A stretch of 48,707 nucleotides of DNA, the filler included, from Bipalium vagum (lineage: Eukaryota): the NCBI GenBank assembly GCA_037834085.1. It is 2 parts of 2 records of this genome, joined end to end, with 100 filler letters (N's around TTAATTAATTAA, not from the genome) between each part and the next. Parts side by side here need not be neighbours in the genome. Positions count along the whole stretch, not along the records: positions 1 to 24,136 come from JBBMKC010202826.1; 1 more part is not named here. One strand, 5' to 3'. Positions 9,841 through 23,014 of the stretch are shown in pieces. Numbering within the stretch: the stretch's first letter is position 1; each line of letters opens with the position of its first letter. Both the position numbers and the translations under genes were made by a program. The notes beneath the pieces are model-generated. The model saw nothing but the letters and a program-made list of their open reading frames with translations. It made no database searches and was not told the DNA's origin.

Positions 9841-11229
9841 TCAAAACTTTGAAGCATTCTCATTGGTTGAAAATACATTTATTACGTCAAATGACTTGAG
9901 ATCAAGACTATGAGGACTATCGGCGTGATTTATCACTTTTCCAAATTCCGTTACAAACCGTACCTCAGACAATGCTTTTATACATATTCTGTCACAAATT
10001 TCTTTCTCTGACTGAAGAATTCTTTTAAAATATCCTAGCTTGAGCTCCAGCTTTTCTCCCCGTTCTGTTACTCTAAAGAGCAGCGAAATAAATTCCTCTT
10101 TTTGCTCCTTTTTTTCTGGAAAATCTTCATCAAAAAATACTTCAACCTCATCGATGTGTAACTGTTTCTCATGACTACCAGTATTGATTTCGACACTCGG
10201 TCCTTTAACGTTATATAACGTCTTTTGCTTGTCGTTATCTGGAGAGAAATCTACAATGAGTTCTTTCTGTCTAAGATTCCATTGTTCTGTCTTTTCATCA
10301 CTTAAATTCTCGGGAAATTGTCTTGTTGCTTTCTTGATTAAAACTTCCTTGTCGGGACCTTTCTCAACTCTTCCCAACAAGTTTACATCACTGGTGATCC
10401 TAGTAGGAAGTGATTTCAAGGAGGTTCTTTCAGAAAAACAACCCAGTTCATCAAAATCATCAAACCTGTCTATAGGAGAAATTGATTTACTTTTCAAATT
10501 TCTTAAATCTCTTAATTGATTAATTAAAAAATTTTCATATCGATCGATATTCGTCACGTCCTGCAAATCCAGACTCCTAGCGACTTTCTTGGGACCTTTA
10601 TATTGGGAATATTTATCAAATTGAGACCGCAAAGAGTTTTCATTGTTCTCCTTCGTCAACAAATTTTCAATCGGTTTGACACTATTGATTATTGGTAACG
10701 ATCGATTACCCAAATCTCCATATATTTTCTTATCATCGAAAATAGGGTGGGGAATCAGGCGTTTGAAGGGCAATCTTAATCTAGTGGAACTATTCGATAA
10801 CTCCGCTATTTTCTCCATCATGGTTGCTCTAGAGAACCTGGCGAGAAGAAGATCTGTACCGTTAATATTACCCTGCCATCTGTGAGACACTAATGACTTT
10901 CCTGTTGAAAATCGACTTGAATTATTTGAATTGTTCCTGGTTGACATAACAGAGGTACTGGAGCGCAAAAATTGGAAGGTGCAGTTCCTGAACGACTTGA
11001 AGGCATTCATTTTGTTGCGAGGAATCAAGTTTAGTTCAGTCCAACAACTTTCATTACATTCGAAATAATCCATGTCACGGCTAAAATTATTCTCATCCGG
11101 ACTCAATTTCGTTGGGACAATGGAATGACTCGTAGAACAACCGGTCTTAAGGTTTGGCTTACCGTATCGTGATGGAGTCGAGATCAAATCTTCATCGAAA
11201 CACTCGCTTGGTAATCCGTTGCATTCCAT
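9841..11229 (-). CDS. Intronless 462-aa protein: Ser-rich disordered N-terminus and C-terminal SUMO/ubiquitin-like domain (RENi/NFATC2IP-like?)
   Basis: Clean ATG-to-stop ORF. The C-terminal ~80 aa FISLLFRVTERGEKLELKLG...VRFVTEFGKVINHADSPHSLDLKSFDVINVF fits the SUMO-like pattern (F.G..I...xTP.xL.L...D.IxV). The domain call is by eye. Confidence 0.72.
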   Translation of the reverse strand: MECNGLPSECFDEDLISTPSRYGKPNLKTGCSTSHSIVPTKLSPDENNFSRDMDYFECNESCWTELNLIPRNKMNAFKSFRNCTFQFLRSSTSVMSTRNNSNNSSRFSTGKSLVSHRWQGNINGTDLLLARFSRATMMEKIAELSNSSTRLRLPFKRLIPHPIFDDKKIYGDLGNRSLPIINSVKPIENLLTKENNENSLRSQFDKYSQYKGPKKVARSLDLQDVTNIDRYENFLINQLRDLRNLKSKSISPIDRFDDFDELGCFSERTSLKSLPTRITSDVNLLGRVEKGPDKEVLIKKATRQFPENLSDEKTEQWNLRQKELIVDFSPDNDKQKTLYNVKGPSVEINTGSHEKQLHIDEVEVFFDEDFPEKKEQKEEFISLLFRVTERGEKLELKLGYFKRILQSEKEICDRICIKALSEVRFVTEFGKVINHADSPHSLDLKSFDVINVFSTNENASKF

Positions 11230-11444
11230 GGTCTTATTCCTTATTAAGAAATAATTAGATTGTCAATTATTATTGATTTTTTATTGACTTTTATTGGAAA
11301 TTTAAAAGCTAATAGTTATCATTCAAATAACTGGGGACAGTTAAAGTAAGTATTTCAAGATTATTACTGTCATAAGAACTTTCTAAATAACACTGTGACT
11401 TTGAATAGGTTAATTAGAAGATCTCAAAGTAGATCCTCGATCTA

Positions 11445-11770
11445 CTATGGTGTTCCAAATGTTTTGTTACCTTTATTTAACAAAAGTTCAAAATTAAAAA
11501 ATGTATATTAACAATCATATTTACAATCATATTTAATTTTCAAAGTATAAGTCATTATGCTCTATGACTTTTAACCATCTTTCAGCCAAATTTTAGATTC
11601 CAGCTCGATACCACTCCGCAGATTTTGAGGCGAAGAATTCCTGGTTCCCAGCATCGACTTCGTTAAGGTTCTCAAAGGCTCTACCACGAAGAAAGTGCGC
11701 CATAGCCCGGAACAAGTAATAGTCAAAAGGAGGACAAGTCCGGTGTATAAGCCGGATGCGGTAAATGTTT
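11445..11770 (-). mobile_element. mariner transposase 3' remnant
   Basis: HLPHPAYTPDL(frameshift)DYYLFRAMAHFLRGRAFENLNEVDAGNQEFFASKSAEWYRAGI*NLAERWLKVIEHNDLYFEN*. A TIR-like tatggtgttccaaat lies near 11446. Confidence 0.88.
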
Positions 11771-12944
11771 TTATGTTTTCATACATGTTATAAAATATGA
11801 TATTCGTAATCCACTAAAATATTAACCTTGAAATGTTTACTATATTAAATTAGTAAGACAACGAGTGTCAAAAAACAATTGGTAAATAATGATGGCGATG
11901 AAGTAACATAACATATTGGACACCCTAATATTAATAATAATAGTAATGAGACCAAGTTTTATATTAACAAACAATTCAAAATATCTTTTATTTTGGAATC
12001 CGGGTTTTGTTTGGACTACGTGCGTTACTCATTTAATTTACAAATATTTTAATAGAAATATATTAATAAGTGCAAAGTTTAAATGTTGTTTAAGTGAATC
12101 AATTATACAAAATGAAAACATTAAATTTTTAATATTTTTTCAACACTGAGAGATCATTTTTATTACTTTAGTCAATGTTATTTATGATATAAACTGTTGT
12201 AAATATTTATACTGCGTCAATTAAAATGTTTTAAGTAAATTTGATTTGGTATAGGAAAGCACTTTCATTTTTGGATTTCTTCGTCTGAAAATAGACGACC
12301 CATAGGAACGCACTTACGAACAGCCATTCCTATACCAAAAAAGAACCGAAAATTGTATTGTGTCAAGTTTTACAATTAAGAATAGACAATAGAATAGAAT
12401 AGAAGAATAGAATAGGCCTTGTTGAGTAAAGAAAAATACAAAAATGGACGGTAAGCCAAAATCTCTGCGTCTTTGCAGTCTGGAATTGCAAGAACAATGA
12501 AAAAGTTTAATGTTATCATCTTCCAACGAATCTTCATTTATTTTATTTTGTATTTTTTGAACAATTTAATTATGATATTTCTTTGCTTCCATGAAGGTCT
12601 TTCAAGATTTTCAAATGTTTATTGCTCACCACTTTGTAAGATCCTTATCAATTGTTCTTTTCTTTGTCTTATTAACTATAAATTGTCTACGAATGCACAG
12701 AATTTCATTTTCTGTTTTCTTAGATGTACATATTAGGTTGTATTAAAAAATACCGTGAAAAAAATTATCCAAAAAAGGTGCAGTTATATACAAAAATAAC
12801 AAAGCATATTTTATTATTTTTTAAAAAATAAGAACCGGTATTCCAATCTTTAAACTTTGAAACAAAGAAAATCTTGCAAAATTTCTGTACGCTTGCAGAA
12901 TCTTCGTCATGTAACATCCGATATTTACTTTTTTCTTTGATTCA

Positions 12945-13330
12945 TTTTCATCTGTAATAAAAAGATGACGCCAGAAAGCAGTCATCTGTAAGATATTGCA
13001 AAAGATTTGTACAGATTTCCAAAGGCCTTTGAATCTAACGTTCCGATAACTAAAGTTGATATGATATAGATCGCTTATAGTGTACGGGTTTTCTCAGGTT
13101 TCGATTAATGGTGTCTGTCGATGGTTTAATCATCGAAGATAAATCGCGTGTGGATGCAATTGGGTGATCAATAAATGCTTGCTGTGGAACTTCATTTATC
13201 ACAGAAGGTCTTAATTGATGAAGCCTATCTTCGAGAGACTATCTCCGTTTTTGATTTTTGAATCAACATGGCACCTTCTCCTTCAATATTACAAAGTCTT
13301 TGTAATGACATCAATAGTTAATCCCATTTT
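12945..13330 (-). mobile_element. mariner transposase N-terminal (HTH) remnant
   Basis: KNGD..LEDRLHQLRPSVINE...HPIASTRDLSSMIKPSTDTINRNLRK...IQRPLEICTNLL...FITDE matches the mariner HTH-to-first-Asp region. Confidence 0.7.
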
Positions 13331-15148
13331 CAATAATGATGGATCAAATCTCGATTTGCAATTTCAATATTCATTTTACTATTAATATAAATTCAAATAA
13401 ATTCAATGATACGTTTATTTAGACTAAACTTAAAAATAAAGTTTGGCAGTAAAAAAGTCAATGATTACATCAATTTTTAAATTTTTTTATAAAAGAAAAT
13501 TAAACTATAATAATAACGAAAACATTAAAAATTTAATTTAGTTAAATTAAGTAAATTTGACTTAAGGATTTCTATAATAAAATAATTCATAAAAAGGAAC
13601 AAGTATTTATATTGTAAATAAAAAAAATTATAATCTTTGCTTATGAAAGATGAGAAATAGAATACAAATAATAATAGGTTAAATAATGACTTTTTGGTGT
13701 AAATAAAAATAATATTTTAATTAATTTATTGATTAATTTTATTTTGATTAATAATCAATTTTATTCAGTCACCAATCACAAAAATGACACTCAAACTTGA
13801 AAAATGACATGGTGTCTGACTTAATTAGTGCACATATTGTTATTAAAGTAGGTTGGCGTAAGTTAGTAGGAATGATGTTTCTACCCGAAAATTACGTGGT
13901 AACCTTTTGGTAAATAGTATAAATACTGATGCTACATCAGTTAAAATAAGAAATAAGATGATAGGTATTTCTTGGTAATTTACAGTCAGCCTTACTGTGA
14001 AAAATGTGTTAGGAATATACAAGAGTCAAAAGGACTTAATCCGTGTTATTTTTAAATTGCTTCTTTATTTTTGGCAATTCGTTTGTAATTCACTGAACTG
14101 GACGGTTGAAACATAATTTTAATCAGAAATACTTTCATTTACCTTCAAATTATTATTATTAATTTTTATTTTTTATTATTGATCATGCTTGTGACTTGGT
14201 CAGTGATCGACCTATATTTAATGATTGAACTTGAATGATTTAATTGACCAAGTTTCATACGAAAGACCTGGTTATAGATCCTTTTATATTTTCAATCTAT
14301 GTCATGCTTTGCTATCATAACAAAAGTTTTCATTTTTAGTTAATTTTTTAAAGTGTGTAATTGTTATATTACAAGTAAATTTTGTCTCAATAAATTATCT
14401 TAGTTTTTTTTATTTGTTTATGAACCGTACTGTATTTAATCATATAAATCTTTAGAGTCAGATTTACATTAATTGAGTCAATAAGGAAAGCAAACCTTTT
14501 GTTAATTTTAAAATATGTAATGAGATATATTTAAGAAATTGAAGAATTATTTTTCAATCCACCCGTTCGGTGAGATCGAAAATAATAATGATCCTAATAA
14601 TGTGCTGGAATCAGTCAGGTAAATGTTGCGCAATGTCGGTAAATGGTGCGCAATGAAATTGGTTTGCCCGATCACACTATGCCAGAGGATTCAGCTGATC
14701 TGAAGAGAGGTGAACATCCTGAGTTTCATTTGATGTAACCCCATCAATTGGTGGTATTCGGATCGTTTTTGAACACATTAAGATATACAAAGATTGCAAT
14801 GTTAGTTTAAAATTTTTCAAATAAAAACAGTTTCTTAGAAAAAGTTTTACTTCGGTAATATGACTTATATTCAAAGCTTTTCATGTTTATAATACAAATA
14901 AAATTTCTGATAAAAAAATATCGAATTTTTATTAAAAAAACATTTTTTATTTTAAATTTAATCAATTAATTTCTTTCAGCCCTAAATTGTATTCCTGATC
15001 TTAAAGATTATTCTTTCACAATTTAAATTAATTATTTTTAATACTAATAATTTTTTTTTATCAAAAATCGGTTTTGTTTAAATAATCCAATCCAAACAAA
15101 ATCATTCGATTATTGTTCTGAAACAAGCCTCATCGATTTCCAATAATC

Positions 15149-18100
15149 ATGGGCTGTGCGATGTCTTTAGACGAAAGAATTGCATTTAACAAGAGTAAAG
15201 ACATAGACAAAAAACTAAGAGAGGACGGACTGCAGTTGCAGAGAGATATAAAATTGTTGCTTTTAGGTAATGAAACTTGACGATTACTGACTGTGTCACA
15301 CGCATTTTGACGTTCTGTTACATTTTATTTCAGGTGCAGGAGAATCGGGCAAGAGTACAATTATGAAACAGATGAAGTAATGATTTTAACCTTTCATTCT
15401 AAAATCTCTAAACTCTCATTTCTACTATTTTATCTATTTTTTCACAGAATTATCCATGAGGGTGGTTTCACATCATCTGACAACCACCAGTACAAACCCA
15501 TTGTGTATAGCAACACGATCCAATCGATTGCTGCCATTCTCAGAGCCATGCATAAGTTGAACATCGCTTTTGAGAATCCAGCAAGAGAGGTAAATTCAAT
15601 ATCCTTTTCTTTTATTTTTATTGATTTGGAAATATTTCTATTGTCAAGGAGGATGAGATCATCATCACTACAGCGCTGTCGACAATGAAAGATCTTGAAC
15701 CGTTCAGTCCGCAAATGTCTCTAGCTCTGAAGCTGCTGTGGTCCGACCTTGGTGTCCAGGAGTGTTTTCACCGGTCCAACGAGTATCCGCTCAACGATTC
15801 GGCGCTTTAGTAATATTTATATTTTATTATTATTATGTTTTTTCTTTCTTTTAAATAAACGATTTGGTGCTTTTGAATGAACAATAATTATTGATTATTT
15901 ATTTAAGAATAATTTATTGATCTTTATACATTATTTCATTGTTCATCTCAGCTTTGATTGTTTAATTATGGATTCAAATTTCAATCAAAAATTCTCATAA
16001 TAATTTCTAAATGATTTGCGTCTGTGGAATGTACGCAGAGAAATGGACTTTGGTGAAATGAACTGTCATTTGTGACTGTTTATTACATGTGAGATTGTGT
16101 TGTGTTCTATTGACGTCTTTCTGTTTTGACTTGTGGACCTTTGTCCCTTTGAGACATTAAGTGATTTCAAGTTAATCGTTGACCGTTTTCAGTTTCCTGG
16201 ACAATATCGATCGCATCTCTGCTGCCGATTACCGACCCACTGATCAGGATATTTTGCGAACCAGGATCAAAACCACGGGCATTGTGGAGATTCAGTTCAA
16301 GTTCAAAAACATGAACTTTAAGTACGGTTTTTTTTGTCCCAGACCTCTCCTCTGAAGTCTTTCAATTTCAGAATCTTTGATGTCGGAGGTCAGCGGTCCG
16401 AGAGAAAGAAGTGGATCCACTGCTTCGAAGATGTTACGGCAGTCATTTTTTGTGTATCACTCAGTGAATACGACCAAGTGCTTGTAGAGGACGAAACCAC
16501 AGTAATTTTTCTTGTTTTTTATGCTTATCAGATATTTTTTGATTATTTTTCTAAAGTAAATTCTTTTCGTTTAAAAATTGCTATTATTGCATTATTTAAA
16601 CAAATCAATGACCTTGGAATACTAATTAAAGCGTTTTAAACTTTCTTAATTAATTTAGTATTTATTCATTAATAACGGTGGATGGAACTGTTAAATTAAA
16701 AAAATAATATTGACAATAAAGAGATTGAAGAAAAGATCACTATTTCTCACTAGTAAATCCTTGGTATTGTATTGCTTAAGCCTTCCTTCTCTGCCTCACT
16801 GGATTTTTAGTACGAAACAAAAGTTGAAACAATAAAAACTACTGTTTTACTTTTTAATATTATTCCGTTGTGAACAAAGTTAATTTTTGTTGATTATTTG
16901 CCTCAAATTCCAATGAGAATTGATGAAGACTCACAATTTTGAAGATTTACTAAAACAAAACAATTCTAAAGATGATTTTAAATCCATTTGAAAATTTTTT
17001 TCTCGTTCACTCTGTAAAGGGATTGTCATCTTTTGTCTATCAAAAAATTGTTCACCAACTTCACAGATCCATTTCCACTCAACCAAATCGTGTTTTTTGA
17101 AATTTTTTTCTTATTTGAGTATTTTAACAATCATGAACGAAATGCTTGATTAAAACATCATTATTTCGACAACGAAAAGATTGGAGAAATTGAAAAAGGA
17201 TCATCATTTCTCTGTTTTCGGTCGTCAATGTCTTTTTTCACATAGATCGTCATCCCGTTGGCCATTTGGATTCCAAAAAGAACAATACTAAGAACATCTT
17301 TCTTTGTCTTCTACACGACAGTATGACAGTTGAAAGGAATAATGATCCATTTTTTGAAAATATTGATTTTATAATGATTTAAATTTTAATTAATTTTAAC
17401 ATTAATTCGTTTGAATTTTTTCCCCAATCGTTCATTTTCGTCAGTCAATTGTAATAAATGGAATTTTTTAGTGAAACCCCACAATTCTGTCGAGAATAAA
17501 CTGTTAAATTGGTTTTAAATGGATATTTAATTTTTGCTCTTTGACTTTGTAAAGAATTTATGATCCGTTAACGTTTAAGCAAGATTTCACTAAAAGTCCT
17601 ATCACCTCAAAAATAAACCATAGTATTTTCATTAATTTTGAACACTTTCGACCATGTCTTTTTATGGTTTTGAAAGGGTCCTGAACAAATAGCGAAGAAG
17701 GGACTTTCTCTCTGGAAATCATTTCGTGATTCTCATTCTAATTAAAACAGTTGTGACTGATGATTTTTGTCGAGGTCTATCATTATTATTATTATTATCT
17801 GTTATCATTAATGACAGTTGACGATTTTGTTTTGAATTCAGTCATAGGATTGAAAATTTTGCGCTTTTTTTGTTCTTTTTGATCATTATTTTACATGTTC
17901 GATTTAAAGCTTTAACTGAGTCGAGGGATTTAAACCAATGATTCTTTTCTATGGAAAGGGAAACCTTTTTTGGAACTATTGATTTATTCAAAATAATATT
18001 TTCCACTCGTCATTGATTATGAACAGTTTTCAATGAGGACCGATTGTCACTTGAATAATTTGTTGTCAATTCCAGAATCGAATGCAAGAGTCTCTGTTTC

Positions 18101-20276
18101 TCTTTGAGTCGGTCTGTAACAATATATGGTTTGTAAATACGAGCTTCATTCTTTTTCTCAACAAGAAAGATCTCTTCCTCGAAAAGCTCCAAAGAACTCC
18201 TATCACAGACTGCTTTCCAGAATACACAGGTATACCGAATTATTGATTGTTATTTGAACCTTTCATATCTCGCCTTCAGTCCAGATTTTCATTATTAAAA
18301 AAATACACTAAAATCGATACATTGAATATAGAAAATTAATAATAAACTAAAAAAATATTCATTTGTTAATCGATTGTTTTCATAAATTAAATTTTTGATG
18401 ATGATTTTTTAAAGTTTAAAACATCGATTAAAAAAAAGAGAAAATGATTAAATTTGATTTTTTTATTTAAAGATTTTTTATCAGACAAGAATTTTAATTT
18501 GGCTAATCCGATGCCACAGAAAAAATCGAAAATTTCTTTGAGAAAATATCCACATTTGATTGATCGGCTGAAACAAAGTGATAAAAACTGTCAAAAATGT
18601 CTATTTTTATTTATTATGGAATATTTTAGTTGGAAATTTTAATATTTTTTTTTATTGATTTTCGTTAAAGATTTTTAATCATTCACAATTTTGATTTTTA
18701 AAATTAATTTATAGATTAATTTAATAATATCAATGTCATCTTGTTATTTTATCATTTATTATAATAAGTATTTTTCATTCTTATATTTATATTTTTATCT
18801 TTTAATTTTGATTTGTTATTTAAATTTTTTTAAATAAATTAAAATTTTTAAATTAATTTATTTATCTCCATTTATTTCGTAAATTATTTTTTAAAAATAT
18901 ATTAATTTATTTTATTATAATAATAATAATAATAATTATTATTATAATTATTAATTATTTTATTATATAATATATAATTATTTATTATTTTAATTTTTAT
19001 TAAATCATCTTCCTCGTTTTTATTTGCTTTCTTTAATTTTTAATATTTCCATTTTTAGTTATATTAATTAAATTACTTTTCTCACTTTTTAGGATTTATT
19101 TTAATCCTTTTATCTTTTTAATTTTTTAATTTTTTTCTTTATTGTTTTATTTTTTTCGACAATTAACGATTTATGCCTTCTTTATTTTATAATTTTAAAA
19201 ATGAATATTTTTAAATTTTTTAACCATGTGCAATTTATTACATACATCAGTGAAAAGAATGTTCGGTTCGTTTTTAATTTATTCCTTTTTATATTGTGGA
19301 AGGTTATTATTAGTTATTATTTATTTAAATTTTGGAAGGTTTTTCTTTACAGTTTTTAAATTCTTAAATTGCAAATCGATAAACAATTATATTACAATGA
19401 GATTTTAATGAAAAATATTTATCAATTAATTTATATTCAATAATGTCTCTGACAGTTTTAGAGAACTTCGATTTCCGCCGTGCCAGATATAATTTAAATT
19501 TTCTTTTTATGTAAATATTTGTTTTATTTATTAATTGTTATTTTTAAAGTAATTAATTGATGATATATAANNNNNNNNNNNNNNNNNNNNNNNNNNNNNN
19601 NNNNNNNNNNNNNNNNNNNNNNNNNNNNNNNNNNNNNNNNNNNNNNNNNNNNNNNNNNNNNNNNNNNNNNNNNNNNNNNNNNNNNNNNNNNNNNNNNNNN
19701 NNNNNNNNNNNNNNNNNNNNNNNNNNNNNNNNNNNNNNNNNNNNNNNNNNNNNNNNNNNNNNNNNNNNNNNNNNNNNNNNNNNNNNNNNNNNNNNNNNNT
19801 ATTTCCTAATTCATAAGTCAAAATTGTCCAATTAAATTATGTTAATATATATTTAATAAAATTTTAATTATAAAATTAATTTAATTAATCATTTTAAAAG
19901 ACTTTCCTTTAAAAATGACCTTGGAAATTTGTGATTAATCAATACATTGATATTTTAATTTTAAAATATTATCTTTTCTTATCATTTTTGTTTTACTCTT
20001 CCTCATTCATTTTTACCGCAACGAGAAAGTGAATCTTACATTCACCAATTGTGAAATCTCCTTTCTTTCTCACTCTTTATCTTTCCAGGTCCCCAGGAAT
20101 ATGATGCCAGTGTTAGTTATATAGAGCAGTGCTTTCGAAGCAAGAACAAATACGTCAACAAGGAGGTCTACTGTCACCACACATGTGCAACGGACACGAG
20201 CAACATTCAATTTGTTTTCGATGCAGTCACAGATTTAATTATTTCCAACAATTTGCGTGGTTGCGGACTGTATTGA
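15149..20276 (+). CDS. GNAO1: Heterotrimeric G protein alpha-o subunit, 8 exons, 354 aa
   Basis: Exons 15149-15266, 15334-15376, 15448-15589, 15649-15809, 16193-16321, 16372-16501, 18076-18229, 20089-20276, all GT-AG, total 1065 nt. Motifs: MGC start, [40 protein letters not shown], and the Go-type C-terminus [15 protein letters not shown] at 20401. Confidence 0.96.
19571..19799. other. Assembly gap (N run) inside G-alpha-o intron 7
   Basis: 229 Ns within extremely AT-rich low-complexity intron sequence. Confidence 0.98.
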
Positions 20277-21399
20277 TCTTTCAGATGACTGAGAATGTAT
20301 GCTTGAGACGGTTCCTCTCTGTGCCGTTCGTTTGTTTTCCGCTGTCAATTTGCGGCCAAACAAGATCACACAATATTGCAATCTTTCTCCGTGTTCTCTT
20401 AATAAATTTTTGACAGAAAATCGTCCGGTAGTTTTATTTTCAGATCTGGTCCGGCTGATGAAATGATTCGTGAATATTATATATGTTCGTTAGCTATAGC
20501 ATTGGTCTGGTCTAGACGTCATTTTTAGACCGGGCATTGTTAACGGCATTTGTTAATATCGTTATTTTTTCCAATATATTGATGTTACTATTTGGTCTCT
20601 TTTTGCTGAATGATGCTTGCAAAACTAATCAAAACATTGAAACAGGCTCTGAAATCTATGTCGACATGATTTCTTTTAAATTTGATTATCCCAGATTTTA
20701 TGAATCAATCAATACATCCATTAAACGTGTTTTCGGTATCGGAACACTCAGTCCGTTCTATCAAAAAATAAGAATATAATCAATAAATATATATGTATCA
20801 GAAAGTTGATTAATTGAGCACATTTACTTATTCCAAAACCAGCCACAAAATAACTCTCCATAGCATTAACAATCCGTCCCAATTAATATTTTGAATATTA
20901 TTTGACTCTGGGGTGTATCGACTAATGTTAATTTGTTAACTCAATTTCATTTCTTATTCCTAGTGGTCGAAAAGATGTCTCTTAATGTCTGATGACACTT
21001 GAAAATTTACCTTCCCAATCATCACTATTGATATAAATTTCACTTCAAAAGCTTTATGTTATAATCTACGACTGGCTCTACCAATGGGGATCACCACTAA
21101 AGATAATGAAAGCGAAACTTATGGGAAAAAGGTTGTTTGTGATTAATTAAAGAGTATAGCGCTTCGAACTAAGTGAAGACATCCTTTAATTAATATTACG
21201 TTTCAATCATAAGGATCGACAGAACTAAAAATTGTAAAAATATTTATTTATCAAAGGGTGCTTTTGGAGATATATTTGTGCTTATCAACTCCACCTGAGG
21301 AAGTGTAAATAAATAATATGTAATCCGGAAATTCTCTTAGTTTATGACCAAGGAAATCTAAAAATACTAGTTTTTTCCATTAAGTAAAATATTTTCGAG

Positions 21400-21700
21400 T
21401 CGTTTATTTTACTCTTACTGTTTTTACTCCTATTTATGTTTGTGGTACTTAGAAATCCCTCTGATAGAAATTTGTCGGATTATTGAGGAAGTCATCCAAA
21501 TGATTATTCATGACATCTTAAGAAACAAAGGTCCAACCAATTAATGAAGTTAAGAGAGATAAGAATAAATGTCAATCTAAAGTGGCAAGACCAAGTGAGT
21601 ATAACTGTTGAGTAACAATATCCCAGACATATTTCTTAACTTCTTGTCACAGTCATTAAAGGCAACGTTCTACTGCGTGCTCAATTCTGAACCTTTGACA
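21400..21700 (-). mobile_element. Highly decayed mariner C-terminal remnant
   Basis: WDIVTQQLYSLGLATLD*HLFLSLLTSLIGWTF...NHLDDFLNNPTNFYQR resembles WxVLxHPPYSPDLAPSDYHLFLSL...FY. Confidence 0.6.
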
Positions 21701-23014
21701 TCGATAGTTATCTTAAAATCTGCCAGCTGAGAACAATATTTTTAGTGATTGATATTTTAAAAATCATCTCTTTACTAAAATAATTTCCAATAATCGTTCT
21801 CATTTGACTCTAAAATCGTTACCAAGATTTTTCAATTAAAAATATTAACTGAAAAATATCTTTGATCTGATCTGATTTCAATTTTTAAACTAATAAAGGT
21901 GGTTCGGTGTGAAAGTGAAATGAATGAATAAACAAATAACGAATCAATAAAAGAATCAATTTATTGATAAATGAAAATCAGTTTCGGTGTTTTCTTTTTA
22001 ATTTTCACAGGAGTTTCCAATATTTGTCTTCAGACTTTTATCTTCCAATATTCAATAAATTCCCGGAACATTTTTAACAAATCTTAAAAATAAATGCTCA
22101 ATAATTGTCTTTCTTTTCGAAAATCTTCAACTGAAAAATATTCAAACTTTGAAATCTTCCTCAAAAGCTATTTACGAAAATCCTTTCCAAAAATCGTTCT
22201 CATAATTTGCCAGTAAAATCGATACCAATATTTTTCAATACCCCACTTTATTTTAAAATCATTCTGACTCAGATAGATTCTGTAAAATAATAAATGATGG
22301 CTCAAATAATAATATTTTACTAAAAAATCAGAGATTGGCACACGAAGCCGTTCAGATGATCGACAAATCAAACTGCGAAACGAAACAGAAAGCAAGAACA
22401 CATACACTTAGAAATCTGGTTCAATCAACATTCGAATTTTTACAATAAATTATTCGACGAATATCAATACTCTTCTCAACGTCCATAGTGAAAAGGTAGC
22501 AGAAATAAACATCATTTCCAGTTTATCCAAGACACAAAATATAAACGCTCGAGACTATTATTATAGAAGACTATAAGTTGTAACCATAGCAACAATTTTC
22601 TTAATACACATCAGAAGTCACATGTTCAGAAATCTCGAAAAATGTAATCACAAACACCCACTAGTAGGAACAGTCGGAGAATTGTTATCGGGAAAATGAT
22701 CTCTTAACGAACCCCCTTTCATCCAATCCTAACAAATAATAAAAGAGAAATTCTGGAGAAAAACTCATTCCATTTTTAGTAAATTTCAACAAATCAAGGT
22801 TGATCTTTATGCTACTCAAATGCAAACTCGCCAACGTTTTTATGACATACAAAGAAAGCTCGGATCCCAGTTACACTATGATCTATGCGGTTGTTAGCTG
22901 AAAAAAAATTGATCCTCATAACATTGATCTTTTCACAGATCAGTTTTGGAGTGACTCTTTCAGTCCATCAACTTCAACATGATCATTACTGGAAGTGCCT
23001 CTAGACAACGACCA

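Noticed and set aside
19531-19835. ORF calls spanning N runs
   Set aside because: Artefacts of the assembly gap.
20537-20779. Short ORF with a signal-peptide-like start as the 5' exon of the LDLa-Ig gene
   Set aside because: No in-phase downstream exon could be built, and it is separated from the LDLa exons by the artificial linker.
22580-22593. Perfect RFX X-box GTAACCATAGCAAC
   Set aside because: Not near any gene start; far from the ciliary gene promoter and on the other side of the contig linker. Likely chance.
21960-23000. Possible non-LTR retrotransposon (L1/Tx1-like) C-terminal relic on the minus strand
   Set aside because: Only vague resemblance with many stops; no diagnostic motif.
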